Source of the DNA: Chiloscyllium plagiosum
Lineage: Eukaryota
Assembly (NCBI RefSeq): GCF_004010195.1
Contig: NC_057718.1
Location: forward strand, 26,539,688-26,603,687
Reading direction: 5' to 3'
DNA: 64,000 bases
Made by a program: the position numbers and the translations under genes
Notes under the pieces: model-generated
The model's input: only the letters and a program-made list of their open reading frames with translations
Told to the model about the DNA's origin: nothing
Databases searched by the model: none
Part shown: in pieces, positions 27,606-40,751 of the stretch
Layout: every line of letters starts with the position of its first letter
Numbering within the stretch: position 1 is the stretch's first letter

Positions 27606-29364
27606 AAAGTCCAGCACATCCTCTGAAAGTTCCTTCCAAACGCAAACCACTCTCTGTATAAAAAAGTTTTCCCCATGTCTTTTTTAAACCTTTTTCCTCT
27701 CACCTTAAAAATACAATCCTTAGCTTGAAATCCCCCGCCAATGAATTTTACTTGCCACAGTTTGGAGGTCTTGGGCGTCACCATATGAATGGTCACAGTC
27801 ATCTCCTGCTAAGACAAGGAGACAAGTCCGTGGTGGTGGTGGTGGGGGTGTGGGGGTGGATGGGATGACCTTTGGCCATCTTCCTTGACCCTCTCCAGTC
27901 TATTCTGGGTTGTTTTCTCTTGGAATGAGACAATTGAGTGTAATCAGCACAGCTTTTTGTGCAGGTGTGGGAAAGGAGGGGAGGTGTGCCAAGTGAGTGA
28001 GTGACTGAGGCGCGGAGGGAATGTGGGGTTCATAGTCTGGGAGACCGAGGTGGACATCAGTGAATGAGTGATGATGTTGTAAGAGTGATAGAGCATGAGT
28101 CTCAGTGTGAAGTAGGTGCACAGTAGAATTAGATTAAGTGTAAGGTAGCAGAGGGAAGATGCTTGTCTTTTCAAAGATGGAGTTGAAAAGCTCTTTGACC
28201 TGCATTGCTGGGTGATCCTCTGGACTGTGGACCACGCATTGACACTGGTGACCACCAGACCAGGCTGGTAGGGAATGGTGCTGTGGTCTCTGCTAGCAGC
28301 CTATAGGAAAGTGGATGGCCCACTTCTCCACTAACCTGTCCAACAGGACCTCCAGACCCCTACCAGAACACTGGGCTACCACCTTGTCTCTGTCAACCAT
28401 CTCCATGGCAATTCTTACCATAATGCAACTGCAAGAGACCGTTCCTGTTTTGCAGCAGTTGTCCTGATGTACAGTTTAAATATGGCAGTGGTAGCAGAAA
28501 TTCCAGAGGAATGTGAACTCCCATTGCTGGTGAGTGCCAATAGAGGCATGGGACTTACATACTGAAGTGAGCTGCACAGAATAGCATAAGAAAACCTGCT
28601 CAACTCACACAGAGTGAAACACTCTATGAAACTCCCTAAAACTGCAACTCTAGCCTATAGTATACTCTCGGACGAAATATAGTCTCGCAAAGAAATCAAA
28701 GGTTAACAGATGTAGGTGGTGTCATTATCACAGATCATAATGGGTGTTTTGAAAGAGGACTGATATAGCTAAAGTGACTGGGGATGTAAATCCAGTGGCT
28801 GCCTGGAAAATAACTCTGGAAAGTCACACCTGCCGGTGTCAAAGAATTTCAAAGAGAGAAAATGCTTGACAAATTGAACTGTAATCCTGCGAGTATCTCA
28901 GAGTGGAAACAAGCAATCTAGATGTGAGCCTTATTTGCATTTTCCCCATTCCAAACAAACAAGCTTCAAATCTGGTCTCTGTGTGTTAATGGCCTGATCT
29001 CCTAAACTGTGAATTAGTGTCTTGTGAAGATCACAGCTTTGAGAACAGCAATTAAACACCCCTACAACAGGTTCAAAGAATGACTGTCACTCTGAGTGCT
29101 GCCAGGCACCATTGAAAGGAACCAAGACAAAAAAGTTCCACTCAGCCTGCAAAGCCAAGAACCTTGTTCAACTGATCAACTCCCAACATCAACAATATCA
29201 GCAAATGATGCCGTAACAGCTGCCATGTTTGACTGTATACTCTTCATGAAAGACTCAGTCTGGTGCATATAATTTTTAACATTCACCTTTTGGTTGGATT
29301 AACCTTTCTTTACTGATCTGTGTGCATGTGTAACGTTATTGTTTCACTTAGCATTTAACAGCTC

Positions 29365-29590
29365 ATTCCACCGAGAGAGTGGTGTGTTTATGGAATGAGC
29401 TGCCACAGGATGTGGTGGAGGCTAATACAATTACATTATTTAGAAGGCATCGGGATGGATATATGAATAGGAAGGGTTTAGAGGAATATGGGCCAAATGC
29501 TGGCAGTTTGGACTTGATCAGTTTCGGATATCTGGTCGGGATGGACGAGTTGGACCAAAGGGTCTGTGTCTGTGCCATACAATTGTCTCT
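29365..29590 (+). mobile_element. CR1/HER1 3' end
   Basis: WNELPQDVVEA...GYMNRKGLEEYGP. Confidence 0.85.
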
Positions 29591-30715
29591 GTGACAACTA
29601 AACTCTTTTGTTAACTCCTTTAAAATGCAAGTTTGTTTTGTCTAGGAGAATGTAATCCACACGGGAGGGAATCACTTATAAATTAACCTTGTTATGACTA
29701 ATCATAGGAGTGGGTGAAAATGGATTGATGTATATCAATAAATAATGGAAATAATCTAAGAAAGTGAGAAATAGTGATGCAGGAATTACAACAGTTTCTG
29801 TTGTATTGCAGTGAAGTATATTTGCTAATTTTGACAAAAGGTTTCCCACTTTATTTTGCTGATATTAGTGAATGAAGGAAGTTATAGCCTTACATCATTA
29901 ATTTTAACTCAATTATTTTGTCGATTTTTGGGCAATTGATTATGTGAGCAGAATAATTTATCACTGTTTTATTCTTTTAACCTTTTAAGTTCACTTTTCA
30001 AGGTTGTGCAAATTAAATTTTCAATCTAACATTAAACCATTACATTCCTTTTGGGACAATGGCCTACTATTTCGTATAGCCAGTGAATGAAGCAGTTAAT
30101 TATCCATTTTAAAAAACTATCCATGACAGACATTTTATACATCCAGACTTCAAGGTCATCCTGTGGGATCCTAGTCCACAATGTCAATGATTATTTGAAA
30201 TTCCTCTGTCTGCTCTCCTAACAGAGGTACTAACCCACCAAATAGCTGCATTGACATCTTCATTGTTATCTGAAAATGAAATGCCAAAACCAGAACATCT
30301 TGTGCTTCCAGTAGAGTAACTACAAATTGCAAAAATATTTATCAAAGCTTCTTTTGCTCTGGGAAAGAACAGCTGTATCATTTTTTGTCAGCATTTGATC
30401 TACATAAGTGATGTATTAATATATATTAATGTAGCATTTCCTTTTATATCTACAAGTTACTCAAAGCAAGGCTTAAATATCAATCCAAATAGCCATATTA
30501 TGCTATGAAGTATGAAACATATTCAGTTTTTGCCTGCAAAGTACGGCTGATTAACAGTAATATATGAAACTGTTTGAATTTACTTTAAAGGCTGAGAAAA
30601 AGCAGAGATAACTTCATCTACTGGCTGGTTTGCTGAACTACCACTTTACTGTCATAATGTTAGACACTTCCTTTAACATCTATCACACAGAAGGATCATA
30701 CTTGTTTGTGTTTGA

Positions 30716-30877
<162 letters not shown>

Positions 30878-31499
30878 TAAGGTAACAACTGAATTAACTT
30901 ACCTCAGGTTAGCAACTTTAACAAGCTTTACTGTGCTGACAGCTTAATCACAGACCTACAACTGACGAAGGAAAAAGAAAGATTTTCCAATAGTTTCTAC
31001 AGAGTAGCGGTCCATTGTAAGCACTGTCCTTTCACCATGCCCATTATATGAAATGCATCACATGAATTTCAGCAATCTCTACCCATTCCTAGAAAGCAAG
31101 CGCACTACAGCTCAGACTAATTTGGGTCTCAGTTGGTAATCTCAGTCAACCACAATAAACTACATTAAAATAATGCCTTTAGTTCAAAGAACTGTCCCAA
31201 GGTACTTCACAGGTACATGAAGGGAACAGGTGCTGAGCTGAAGGGGGTAGGGTGTCCAAGAGAGGCAAGTATGCAGTGGTTTTAAAAGGAAGGAATTGCA
31301 GAGAGTGGGACCAAGACAACTAAAGTAATGACTATGGAATATTGGGCAAAAGAAAAGGGAATGCACAAGGGGATAGAATCTTCAGAATTGAGTGTTGTGG
31401 AACTGTTTCTATCTCGTGTAGGGTAAAGAGATACGATGAACTAGGGTCAGGACAGGTTGAAAGTCAAAGAAAACAGTTGAGTAAAGTACAAAGGAAGCA

Positions 31500-32406
31500 A
31501 AACAACAGAGGCCCTAGAGAAGTATAGAAAATGCAGGGGGAGCTCAAGAAAGCAATTATGTGAGCAAAGAGGTGATATGAGAAAACAGGGGCAGGCAAGG
31601 TTATGGAGAATCCCAAAATATTCTTCAAGTATATCAAGCGAAGGAGAATAACAAGTGATAGAGTAGGGCCGATTAGTGATCAAGGGGCAATCGGTGCTTT
31701 AAACTGGATGATATTGGGAGAGTGTTAAAGAGCACTTCACATCTTCACTTCACTTTACTCTGGAGATGGAGGATGTAAGTACAGAATTCAAGGATGTGGA
31801 CAATGAAGCTCTCGAGCAAATTGATGTGATAAGCAAGGAGGGATGGGAGGTTTTGGTGGATTTAAAAGTGGATGAATCCCCAGGTCCAGGTGAATTGTAC
31901 CCCAGGCTTTTGTGTGAGATGTTGTATCCAGCCCTGAATTAAATTTGCAAACTAACTTTGGCCATGGGGGACCTGGAGGACAGCTAATATGGTTTCACTT
32001 TACAAGACCAGGGAACTATAGACCAGTGAGGCTAACGTCACTGGTAGAACAACAATTGGAAAGAATAGTGAGGGAGAAATTAATCTCCATTTTGAGAGGC
32101 AAGGTTTGATCAGGGATGGTCAGCATGGTTTTGTCAGGGGGACGTCATGTCTAAAAAACCTGGTGGAATTTTTCAACGAGGTGACCAAGTATTTGAATGA
32201 GGCAAGGGCAGGTGATGTAGTTTATATGGATTTTAGCAAGGCCTTTGACAAGGTCCAACATGGGAAACTGACAAAGCAGCTCACGGGATCCAGGGTATCT
32301 TTGTCAGTTGGATTTGAAATTGGCTCAGGGACAGGAGACAGAAGGTAGTTTTATGGGGCTGTTTGTGTGACTGGTGCCCAGTGTATAGTGGCATACCACA
32401 GGAATC
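31500..32406 (+). mobile_element. Degenerate CR1 ORF2 fragment ending at the SGxPQG motif
   Basis: gggaactatagaccagtg (GNYRPV), QHGFVRG, VYMDFSKAFDKV. Confidence 0.88.
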
Positions 32407-34180
32407 CCCTCCCTGTGACAGTCCCTAGTCTGGGCCCCCCCTTCCCGTTTCCCCCCTAGTCTGGGACTCCCCTCCCCGTGACAGTCCCTAGCCTGGGACT
32501 CCCAAAAACCACGACACCCCCTAGTCTGGGACTCGCTTCCCTGTGACAGCCCTTAGTCTGGGAATCCCCTCCCCGTGATAGCCCCTAGTCTGGGACTCCC
32601 CTCCCCACGACAGTCCCTAGTCTGGGACTCCCCTCCCCACGACAACCCCTAGTCTGGGACTTACCGACTGGTGACATCCCCTAGTCTGGGACTCGCCTAC
32701 TCACGACACACCCTCGTCTGGGACTCCACTCCCCACGACACCGCCTAGTCTGGGACTCCCACCCCCATGACACCCCTTTGTCTGGGACTCCCCTCCCCAT
32801 GACACTCCCCTGTCTGGGAATCCCCACCCCACGATACCCCCTAGTCTGGGACTCCACTCCCCAAGTCAATCCCTAGTGTGGGTCTCCCCTCCCCACGACA
32901 GTCCCTAGTCTGGGACTCCCCTCCCCATTACAGTCCCTAGACTGGGACTCCCCTCCGCGTGACACCCCCTAGTCATGGACTCCCATCCCTGCAATACCCC
33001 TAGTCTGACAACCCCTCCCCACGACAACCCCTAGTCCCCCGAGTCTGGGACTCCCCTCCCTGTGAGATCCCCTAGTCTGGGACTCCCCTCCCCGTGACAC
33101 CCCCTAGTCTGGGACTCCCCTCCCCACGACACCCCCGAGTCTGGGACTCCCCTCCCTGTGAGATCCCCTAGTCTGGGACTCCCCTCCCCGTGACACCCCC
33201 TAGTCTGGGACTCCCCTCCCCACGACACCCCCGAGTCTGGGACTCCCCTCCCTGTGAGATCCCCTAGTCTGGGACTCCCCTCCCCGTGACACCCCCTAGT
33301 CTGGGACTCCCCTCCCCACGACACCCCCGAGTCTGGGACTCCCCTCCCTGTGAGATCCCCTAGTCTGGGACTCCCCTCCCCGTGACACCCCCTAGTCTGG
33401 GACTCCCCTCCCCACGACACCCCCGAGTCTGGGACTCCCCTCCCTGTGAGATCCCCTAGTCTGGGACTCCCCTCCCCGTGACACCCCCTAGTCTGGGACT
33501 CCCCTCCCCACGACACCCCCGAGTCTGGGACTCCCCTCCCTGTGAGATCCCCTAGTCTGGGACTCCCCTCCCCGTGACACCCCCTAGTCTGGGACTCCCC
33601 TCCCCACGACACCCCCGAGTCTGGGACTCCCCTCCCTGTGAGATCCCCTAGTCTGGGACTCCCCTCCCCGTGACACCCCCTAGTCTGGGACTCCCCTCCC
33701 CACGACACCCCCGAGTCTGGGACTCCCCTCCCTGTGAGATCCCCTAGTCTGGGACTCCCCTCCCCGTGACACCCCCTAGTCTGGGACTCCCCTCCCCACG
33801 ACACCCCCGAGTCTGGGACTCCCCTCCCTGTGAGATCCCCTAGTCTGGGACTCCCCTCCCCGTGACACCCCCTAGTCTGGGACTCCCCTCCCCACGACAC
33901 CCCCGAGTCTGGGACTCCCCTCCCTGTGAGATCCCCTAGTCTGGGACTCCCCTCCCCGTGACACCCCCTAGTCTGGGACTCCCCTCCCCACGACACCCCC
34001 GAGTCTGGGACTCCCCTCCCTGTGAGATCCCCTAGTCTGGGACTCCCCTCCCCGTGACACCCCCTAGTCTGGGACTCCCCTCCCCACGACACCCCCGAGT
34101 CTGGGACTCCCCTCCCTGTGAGATCCCCTAGTCTGGGACTCCCCTCCCCGTGACACCCCCTAGTCTGGGACTCCCCTCCT
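32400..34180. repeat. 32-bp minisatellite: diverged monomers 32400-33035, then ~12 apparently identical 96-bp trimers
   Basis: core ccctagtctgggactcccctcccc; gagtctggga recurs at 33041 and 33137 (96 bp apart); lines 33061, 33541 and 34021 are identical. Confidence 0.98.
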
Positions 34181-34649
34181 CACACCGGCCTTTAGTCCGT
34201 CTCAAAATTGATTTTCAGTTCGTACCTTTTGGCTCCCAAACGTATCTTTTTTCATATCAGATGATGTTTTTAAATTAAGAGTATTTGTAATTTAATAGAT
34301 CTGTCCTATAATCTGTAATTTCATAGATGCGTCCTATATATTCATTTCGATGCCTTTTTAAATTCATTTTTGCTCCATGGTAAGGGGCGGACCCTTATTT
34401 ACTGTTCGCATTTATCGGGAAGAGTCAAATGCCTGAAGATTGATGGGGATGGTATTGTGAACGCATGGTGTGCACTTCTCACAGACGCAAGGAAATCTCT
34501 TGCTTGACCAATTGTATTCTCACCTGCTAGTGGATCAGTGCCTCATGAGACAATGTAAAGGAGGGTGGAAACCGGTTAATTTATGTAAATTATGATCAAG
34601 AATTAAAATGGAGGACTTTAACTTGGTGACACAACTTGGAACTGGCTGA

Positions 34650-34844
<195 letters not shown>

Positions 34845-35257
34845 TAGAAATTCTATCTCGGTATTGTAGGTTGTTTGAGTCTGTGCGGCCATTTGATCTT
34901 CTCTCAGCGTTGATGACATTTCACTGCAATTAGAACATAGAACAGCACAGCACAGGAATAGGCCAATTAAAGCATATTGTCAGAGATTAGAAAGAACTTT
35001 CCAGACAGCTTTGAGCCCTAAATGACGGGTAAATCTGTGACCGTTCCCAACCAGGTTTTGAGCCCCACCTCCCCCGAGTTCCTGCCTGGCTACATCTGCA
35101 GGTTACCACTACTCGGTGTCCTGACTGCGGATGTAATTTTTAAAGTTTACAAGTTTAAAAATTTGGAGAGGTAGCACCTCTACCTCTCTATCATTCTGGG
35201 AGAGACAGCCCTCTGCTTTTGCAGTGCTGGAGGATGTCCTAGTGGACCTCTCCCTTT

Positions 35258-35400
35258 GAGAGCTGAAAATGTGTTGCTGGAAAAGCGCAGCAGGCCAGGC
35301 AGCATCCAAGGAACAGGAAAATCGACGTTTCGGGCATAAGCCCTTCTTCGGCAACACATTTTCAGCTCTGATCTCCAGCATCTGCAGCCCTCACTTTCTC
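35258..35400. mobile_element. Short, partly inverted PLE insertion with target-site duplication
   Basis: ctctccctttgagagct at 35248 and 35400; inverted agagctgaaaatgtgttgc / gcaacacattttcagctct. Confidence 0.85.
35324..35351 (-). ncRNA. Hammerhead-like motif, U4C variant
   Basis: minus strand CCGAAGA-A-GGGC-UUAU-GCCC-GAAA-CGUC. Confidence 0.5.
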
Positions 35401-35459
35401 TCTCCCTTTGAGAGCTCCTGCTCACTGTTCTCATGCGGAACTAAGCTCACCCTCTAGCC

Positions 35460-36295
35460 AGTACTTGGTCATTCAACGCTGCGTGTTTTTTCTCACACTG
35501 TGCAGCATATTGAACCCTACTTCACCCTGACATTGGGGGTCATGACGTACACAAACATGACCCCAGCCTTCCCATTACTGGTCATTTTAACACAGTGTTC
35601 CTCTTGCATGCCCACTGGTCTGTCCTCGGCATGTTGCAGTGTTGCAGTCAATCACAGCACAAACTGGAGGAACAGCATCTCATCTTCAGACTAGGCACCT
35701 TACAACCTTCTGGACTCAATATTGAGCTCAATACCTTCAGGTTTCTGAACTCACTCCCATTTCTTCCCTTTCTTTCAGCTTTGCTTGTTGCATTCTCTGT
35801 CACTCTTCTCGCCTCCCCCTCCCCATCCCAGTCAGACTGCCTGTTCTTTTCAGTACAGAGACAGAAAAACCACAAATGCTGGAATCCAAGGTAGACAGGC
35901 AGGAGACTGGAAGAACACAGCAAGCCAGGCAGCATCAGGAGGTGCAGAAGTTGACATTCACCTCCTGATGCTGCCTGGCCTCCTGCCTGTTCTTTCCAGT
36001 CTGTCAGTTAGACACACCATTGTTCTGCCATGCTCACATTCCGATCACTTAATCTGAACTATCAACATCCTTTCTCCCCCAGCACTCCACAACCCCCACT
36101 ACAGTTTAAATGTCCTCTCTCCACCTCACATCAGCTCATGAGTTTGCTTTCTCTCCATGGATACTGCCTGTGATTTCCTGTGAGTCCTGATGAAGGATTA
36201 CACCTGAAACATTGACTTCTCCACTTCCCGATGCTGCCTGGCGTTCTGTGTTCTCCCAGCCTCCTGCCTGTGATTTCCAACATCTTTTGTTTTCA
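35460..36295 (+). mobile_element. Penelope-like element 3' part (end of GIY-YIG endonuclease region + terminal repeats, nested copies)
   Basis: KLEEQHLIFRLGTLQPSGLNIELNTFR peptide; hammerhead-like motif at 36187. Confidence 0.75.
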
Positions 36296-37509
36296 GGAGA
36301 AATTCTTACCCCTTGTCTCAGTAATTAACCAGAGTTGAAAACTAATTTATTAAAGTATCTAACTTGACTCAAGCATAAAATGGTTGATTGTATATACTGG
36401 TAAGATATTTAAACTTGGTATATAACCACGCTCAGTCATATCAACTCCAAGAATTAGCACATTTTCATCCAACAAGTATTTGCAAGCAACATTTGTGTTT
36501 CTGAAGTCCATTCCAAAATAAGAAAAAGTGACAAACAAGAGAAATGAAATCACTTTTGCTTTAACTACTGAGAATAAGTAATCTTGGAATATTTTATTGT
36601 TATCTTGATATGTCACATGAGAATGAAGGAGTAATTAGAGAGTCTGGGATCCAGTTTAATAATGAATCCATATGTCTTGATCACACCCACAGCATTGACA
36701 GGGCTAATGGTGCACAGATAGACAACATTTCACATTAACTAACTCTTTGTAATTAAGGGGAATTTGCAAGCTGATTTATATATTTGTTCCTGTAGTGGTT
36801 ATATTGGGAACTCTTTAAGAATGAAATGCATAATTAACATGTCAAAGTATAGCTGTGTTTGTGTCCATAGATCTAACTTTGAAGTGTTACAGTATTGTCC
36901 TCTACTCTTTAATTTGTCAGTAGCCACATTGAAGTAATTTTAATGTAGGGCTGCCACCTTTTCCCAAGTCCAAACTTGACAAGGGCAGGATGGGGCAAGG
37001 GAGAGGGCGGGCTTGTGGTTTCAGCTCTGAGTCTTCCTTTGTTACTGGTGAAAGTTCTTGCAAACCTTAATGTCTGTTGCTTCCACAAATGCTGTTGTAG
37101 GTGATTCTTAAAAAAAGATTATGCCCAGTAATCTATTACTGCTGCTTGAAGGGTCAATCTGAAAATGCCTCTTAAAGAAGGAACTGGGCAGTGGCAATAG
37201 CTATTCCCACAAATCACTTCATGCCACATTTAAAAAACAATATAGCTTCCAAAAGGCACTATGTTGTCACAGGCCACTAAGGTTGAATGAGGCAATCTTA
37301 CTTTGGGCTTACGTTTGTTACAGCGTATACTGGTGATACGTCAGACTATTGAGATTCACATCAATAGTTACGTTTCTTTTTGTAACACATATTTGAAAAA
37401 TAAAGCCCTTCAGTGGAAGTCATTACAATACTAAAAGGAAAAATATATGAACTACTAACTGAACAAATATTAATAGATACCACTCACTTCTTCCTACTTT
37501 AACTCTTAA

Positions 37510-37698
<189 letters not shown>

Positions 37699-39167
37699 TG
37701 AGGATAATGTGATGATCTAATCAACCAAGACTTCCAGAACTGTTCCACTAAGGATCTTTATAGGGGGCAAAAATGGGAGTTCATGAAATTTAAGATAAGT
37801 TGTTTATGTGATTATTATTCAGCTAGATGAAAGGAAATGAGGGAAAAGATCATTGTCAAAATCAATAGTTCCAGTTCATAGTTCATACTTCCAACTTATA
37901 GAGAAGAATTCCGATTGTACTAACACTCTGATGAAATTATAATATAGAGACACAGAAAGAATTCAAAAGAAAATCAGAACATACCGTAAATATTCGAGAA
38001 GTGAAAAGTGCTAATTCATTAAATTCATATCTATTTCTTTAGTATGAAAAGGGAGTTCTTGTTTTTTTCTCAAATTGTGAAGTGGAGAAACCTTAAACTT
38101 GCTTTGAGTTGCACACAAAGCTGCCCGTCTAGCATTTATTCATTACACTCATAGGTTGACCAGAGGCTGTTAGTGTTGGACTGGAGAAACATAGAAGGTT
38201 CAGAGCAGCAGGAGGTTATTTGCTTCAAAAGTTGTAGTGGTGGAACTTGAACTAATGGGTCCTGATTTGCACCAATAAATAGTGTGAGCATTTCTCTACT
38301 GCAGCAAAAGCACTGGATGAAGTTGAGGCATCCAGGCACTGAACCCAGCATTTCTCATTTTCACAGGGGTAGGATTGGGGGGTGGTCCATTGTTTATACA
38401 TGCACAACTGCTAGAGGGAAGTAGCTGTTTAAATGACCAGTTAACATCACTAATTGAGATTTTGGAGACTTTGGTATCTGGAAGTTGGAGTGTGGGGATC
38501 AGATCAGAACATGTTTGTTCACAATGCGTTTCTTTTGGTTAGCCCTAGTCCCAGAATACCTTGGAGGTGAGAGTCAGGGCTCTTTTGGAGGTAGATGTCA
38601 AGAATCCTTTACGGTTGGAGTTTGGCATCAATTTTAGAATGGGACATTACATGTGCTTTGGGACAGCTAACTGGATAAACGTTTGCGTGAAAGTTACATA
38701 AATGCTGAGAAGTGTCCAACATGTCAGCAAGTGACTGCAAGTTTCAACCTGCCAAAACAATGTCAACCAGTTCCAAAATGTATATTTATGAATCAGGGTG
38801 CATTTCTTAATGGAGTGTTTCCTGCAATATAGAAATTTAATTTTGTTTTTTTCTGCTATGTGCATATGTCCCTCAATGAGTTGACTTGGTAAGGTGCAGG
38901 GGGAAAGGGCTTTGGGCAAAACTAGACATGAAATTGGCAAAGGGGTATAAGGGGTGGATGGAAGAGCACGGAAAGAGGGGTGCAGGATGGTGAGCAGATA
39001 GAATACTTCCTATTTTAAACTTTAGTTTACATTTTGATCATGATACTGGAACTCCAACAGGCCTTTCTCAGGACCTGGCAGCTTCTGAGGCATTTCCTGA
39101 GTCACCCAGCCAAATCTGTAAATTAACTTGGACTGAAAATCGATTTGCAGGCAAATGCTTTTACATA

Positions 39168-39497
39168 GATTAGATTAGATTAGATTAGATTAGATTACTT
39201 ACAGTGTGGAAACAGGCCCTTCGGCCCAACAAGTCCACAGCGCCCCGCTGAAGCGCAACCCACCCATACCCCTACATGTACCCCTTACCTAACACTATGG
39301 GCAATTTAGCATGGCCAATTCACCTGACCTGCACATCTTTGGACTGTGGGAGGAAACCGGAGCACCCGGAGGAAACTCACGCAGACACGGGGAGAACGTG
39401 CAAACTCCACACAGTCAGTCGCCTGAGGTGGGAATTGAACCCGGGTCTCTGGCGCTGTGAGGCAGCAGTGCTTAACCACTGTGCCACCGTGCCGCCC
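39168..39497 (-). mobile_element. Young HE1-type SINE with (TCTAA)n tail
   Basis: intact A/B boxes and CpGs; ttacata duplicated at 39161 and 39500. Confidence 0.92.
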
Positions 39498-39502
39498 ACT
39501 TA

Positions 39503-39765
39503 CATAAGAATATAAGAACCGGGAGCAGGAGTAGACCATCTGGCTAGTTGAGCCTGCTCCACCATTCAATAAGATCACGGCTGACATTTTCATGGACTCA
39601 GCTCCACGCACCCGCCTGCTCATCATAACCCTTAATTCCTTTGCTGTTCAAAAATCTATCCATCTTTGCTGTAAAAACGTTCAATGAGGTTGCCTCAATT
39701 GCTCCATTGGGCAAGGAATTCCATACATTCACAATCCTTTTGGTGAAGAAGTTTCTCCTCAACTC
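39503..39765 (-). mobile_element. CR1 3' end
   Basis: similar to 7265-7510. Confidence 0.8.
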
Positions 39766-40191
39766 AAAGGTTTGGTTACAGAACCAAGATCTCTCCTAAT
39801 CCCACACACACTTGACCTCGGAATGAATATCAGAGGCACAGCCTCATAACCAATTGACAACAGTCAGAAGAAACAGAGGGGAGGGAGTAAGCATGAAGAT
39901 GTTCATTTTTTAAATCAAAAGGCCAGATAATTAAACAGCCAAGAACCAAGAAACTACTTTGAGGAACAATGCTTCAAAACAGGAGGGAGATCAAAGCATT
40001 TAACCAATTGTGATTACGATCCTGCACAACAGAATAGGTGGATGCACTCCTTTTGATCATGTCCAACTGGTGCACATCCAGTGTCTTTGCTCATAGATTT
40101 ATGTCATTTTAACCTGATTCCTTCCAACCAGTGAGAGACAACAATACTCAGATGGTACCATTTTGAAGAGAGTAATATTCATTAAATAAAA

Positions 40192-40395
40192 TGATTTGGA
40201 GATGCCGGTGTTGGTCTGGGGTGTATAAAATTAAAAATCACACAATACCAGGTTATAGTCCAACAGGCTTAATTGGAAGCACTAGCTTTCGGAGCGACAC
40301 TCCTTCATCAGGTGGTTGTGGAGTGGCGCTCCGAAAGCTAATGCTTCCAATTAAACCTGTTGGACTATAACCTGGTGTTGTGTGATGTTTAACTT
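40192..40395. mobile_element. Palindromic PLE terminal-repeat fragment (second family)
   Basis: 40228-40300 and 40321-40395 are inverted copies. Confidence 0.85.
40280..40314 (-). ncRNA. Minimal type I hammerhead ribozyme motif (PLE-associated)
   Basis: minus strand CAC-CUGAUGA-A-GGAG-UGUCG-CUCC-GAAA-GCUA-GUG: intact core, stem II, palindromic AGCU, 3-bp stem I; activity untested. Confidence 0.7.
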
Positions 40396-40751
40396 AAATA
40401 AAATGAGCATCATGATTGTTGGGATAGTCAGAAAGGAGAAAATAAGATGTTTAATAAACAGAAAAAAATTATAGACACCTCTAAGTAACAATTAATATTT
40501 TAGATAATTTTCCTTTCTGAAGGTTGTATTTAGAGTATGATCCCTTGGGTAGCTTCTAATGGAGTAACCTTTAACAAACATCTAACTGTCGAATTCTTTT
40601 GCTCATCTGGGAAAACAGGGCCTGATTGTTCATTTTACCAAGAGCTCCACTTATGTTACGGTGTGCTTTGTGGGGGTGTATTTAAGTCACAGGTTTGCCA
40701 TGCGACCTGAGATCCAGTCTTTAATAATGTTTTATTTGTGCTTTATCCTAG

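Noticed and set aside
28900..29300. Possible Harbinger transposase relic
   Set aside because: Only a vague resemblance; I could not read a convincing motif
33031..34092. 353-aa ORF on the - strand with a 32-aa repeat
   Set aside because: By-product of the 96-bp tandem repeat (a multiple of 3 with no stop in that frame); no splice or domain evidence
32400..34180. CRISPR-like appearance (conserved ~24 bp plus short variable part)
   Set aside because: Variable parts are ~8 bp and recur periodically; eukaryotic context and no cas genes
39420..39497. tRNA gene
   Set aside because: The A/B boxes belong to the head of a multi-copy SINE with a LINE-derived tail
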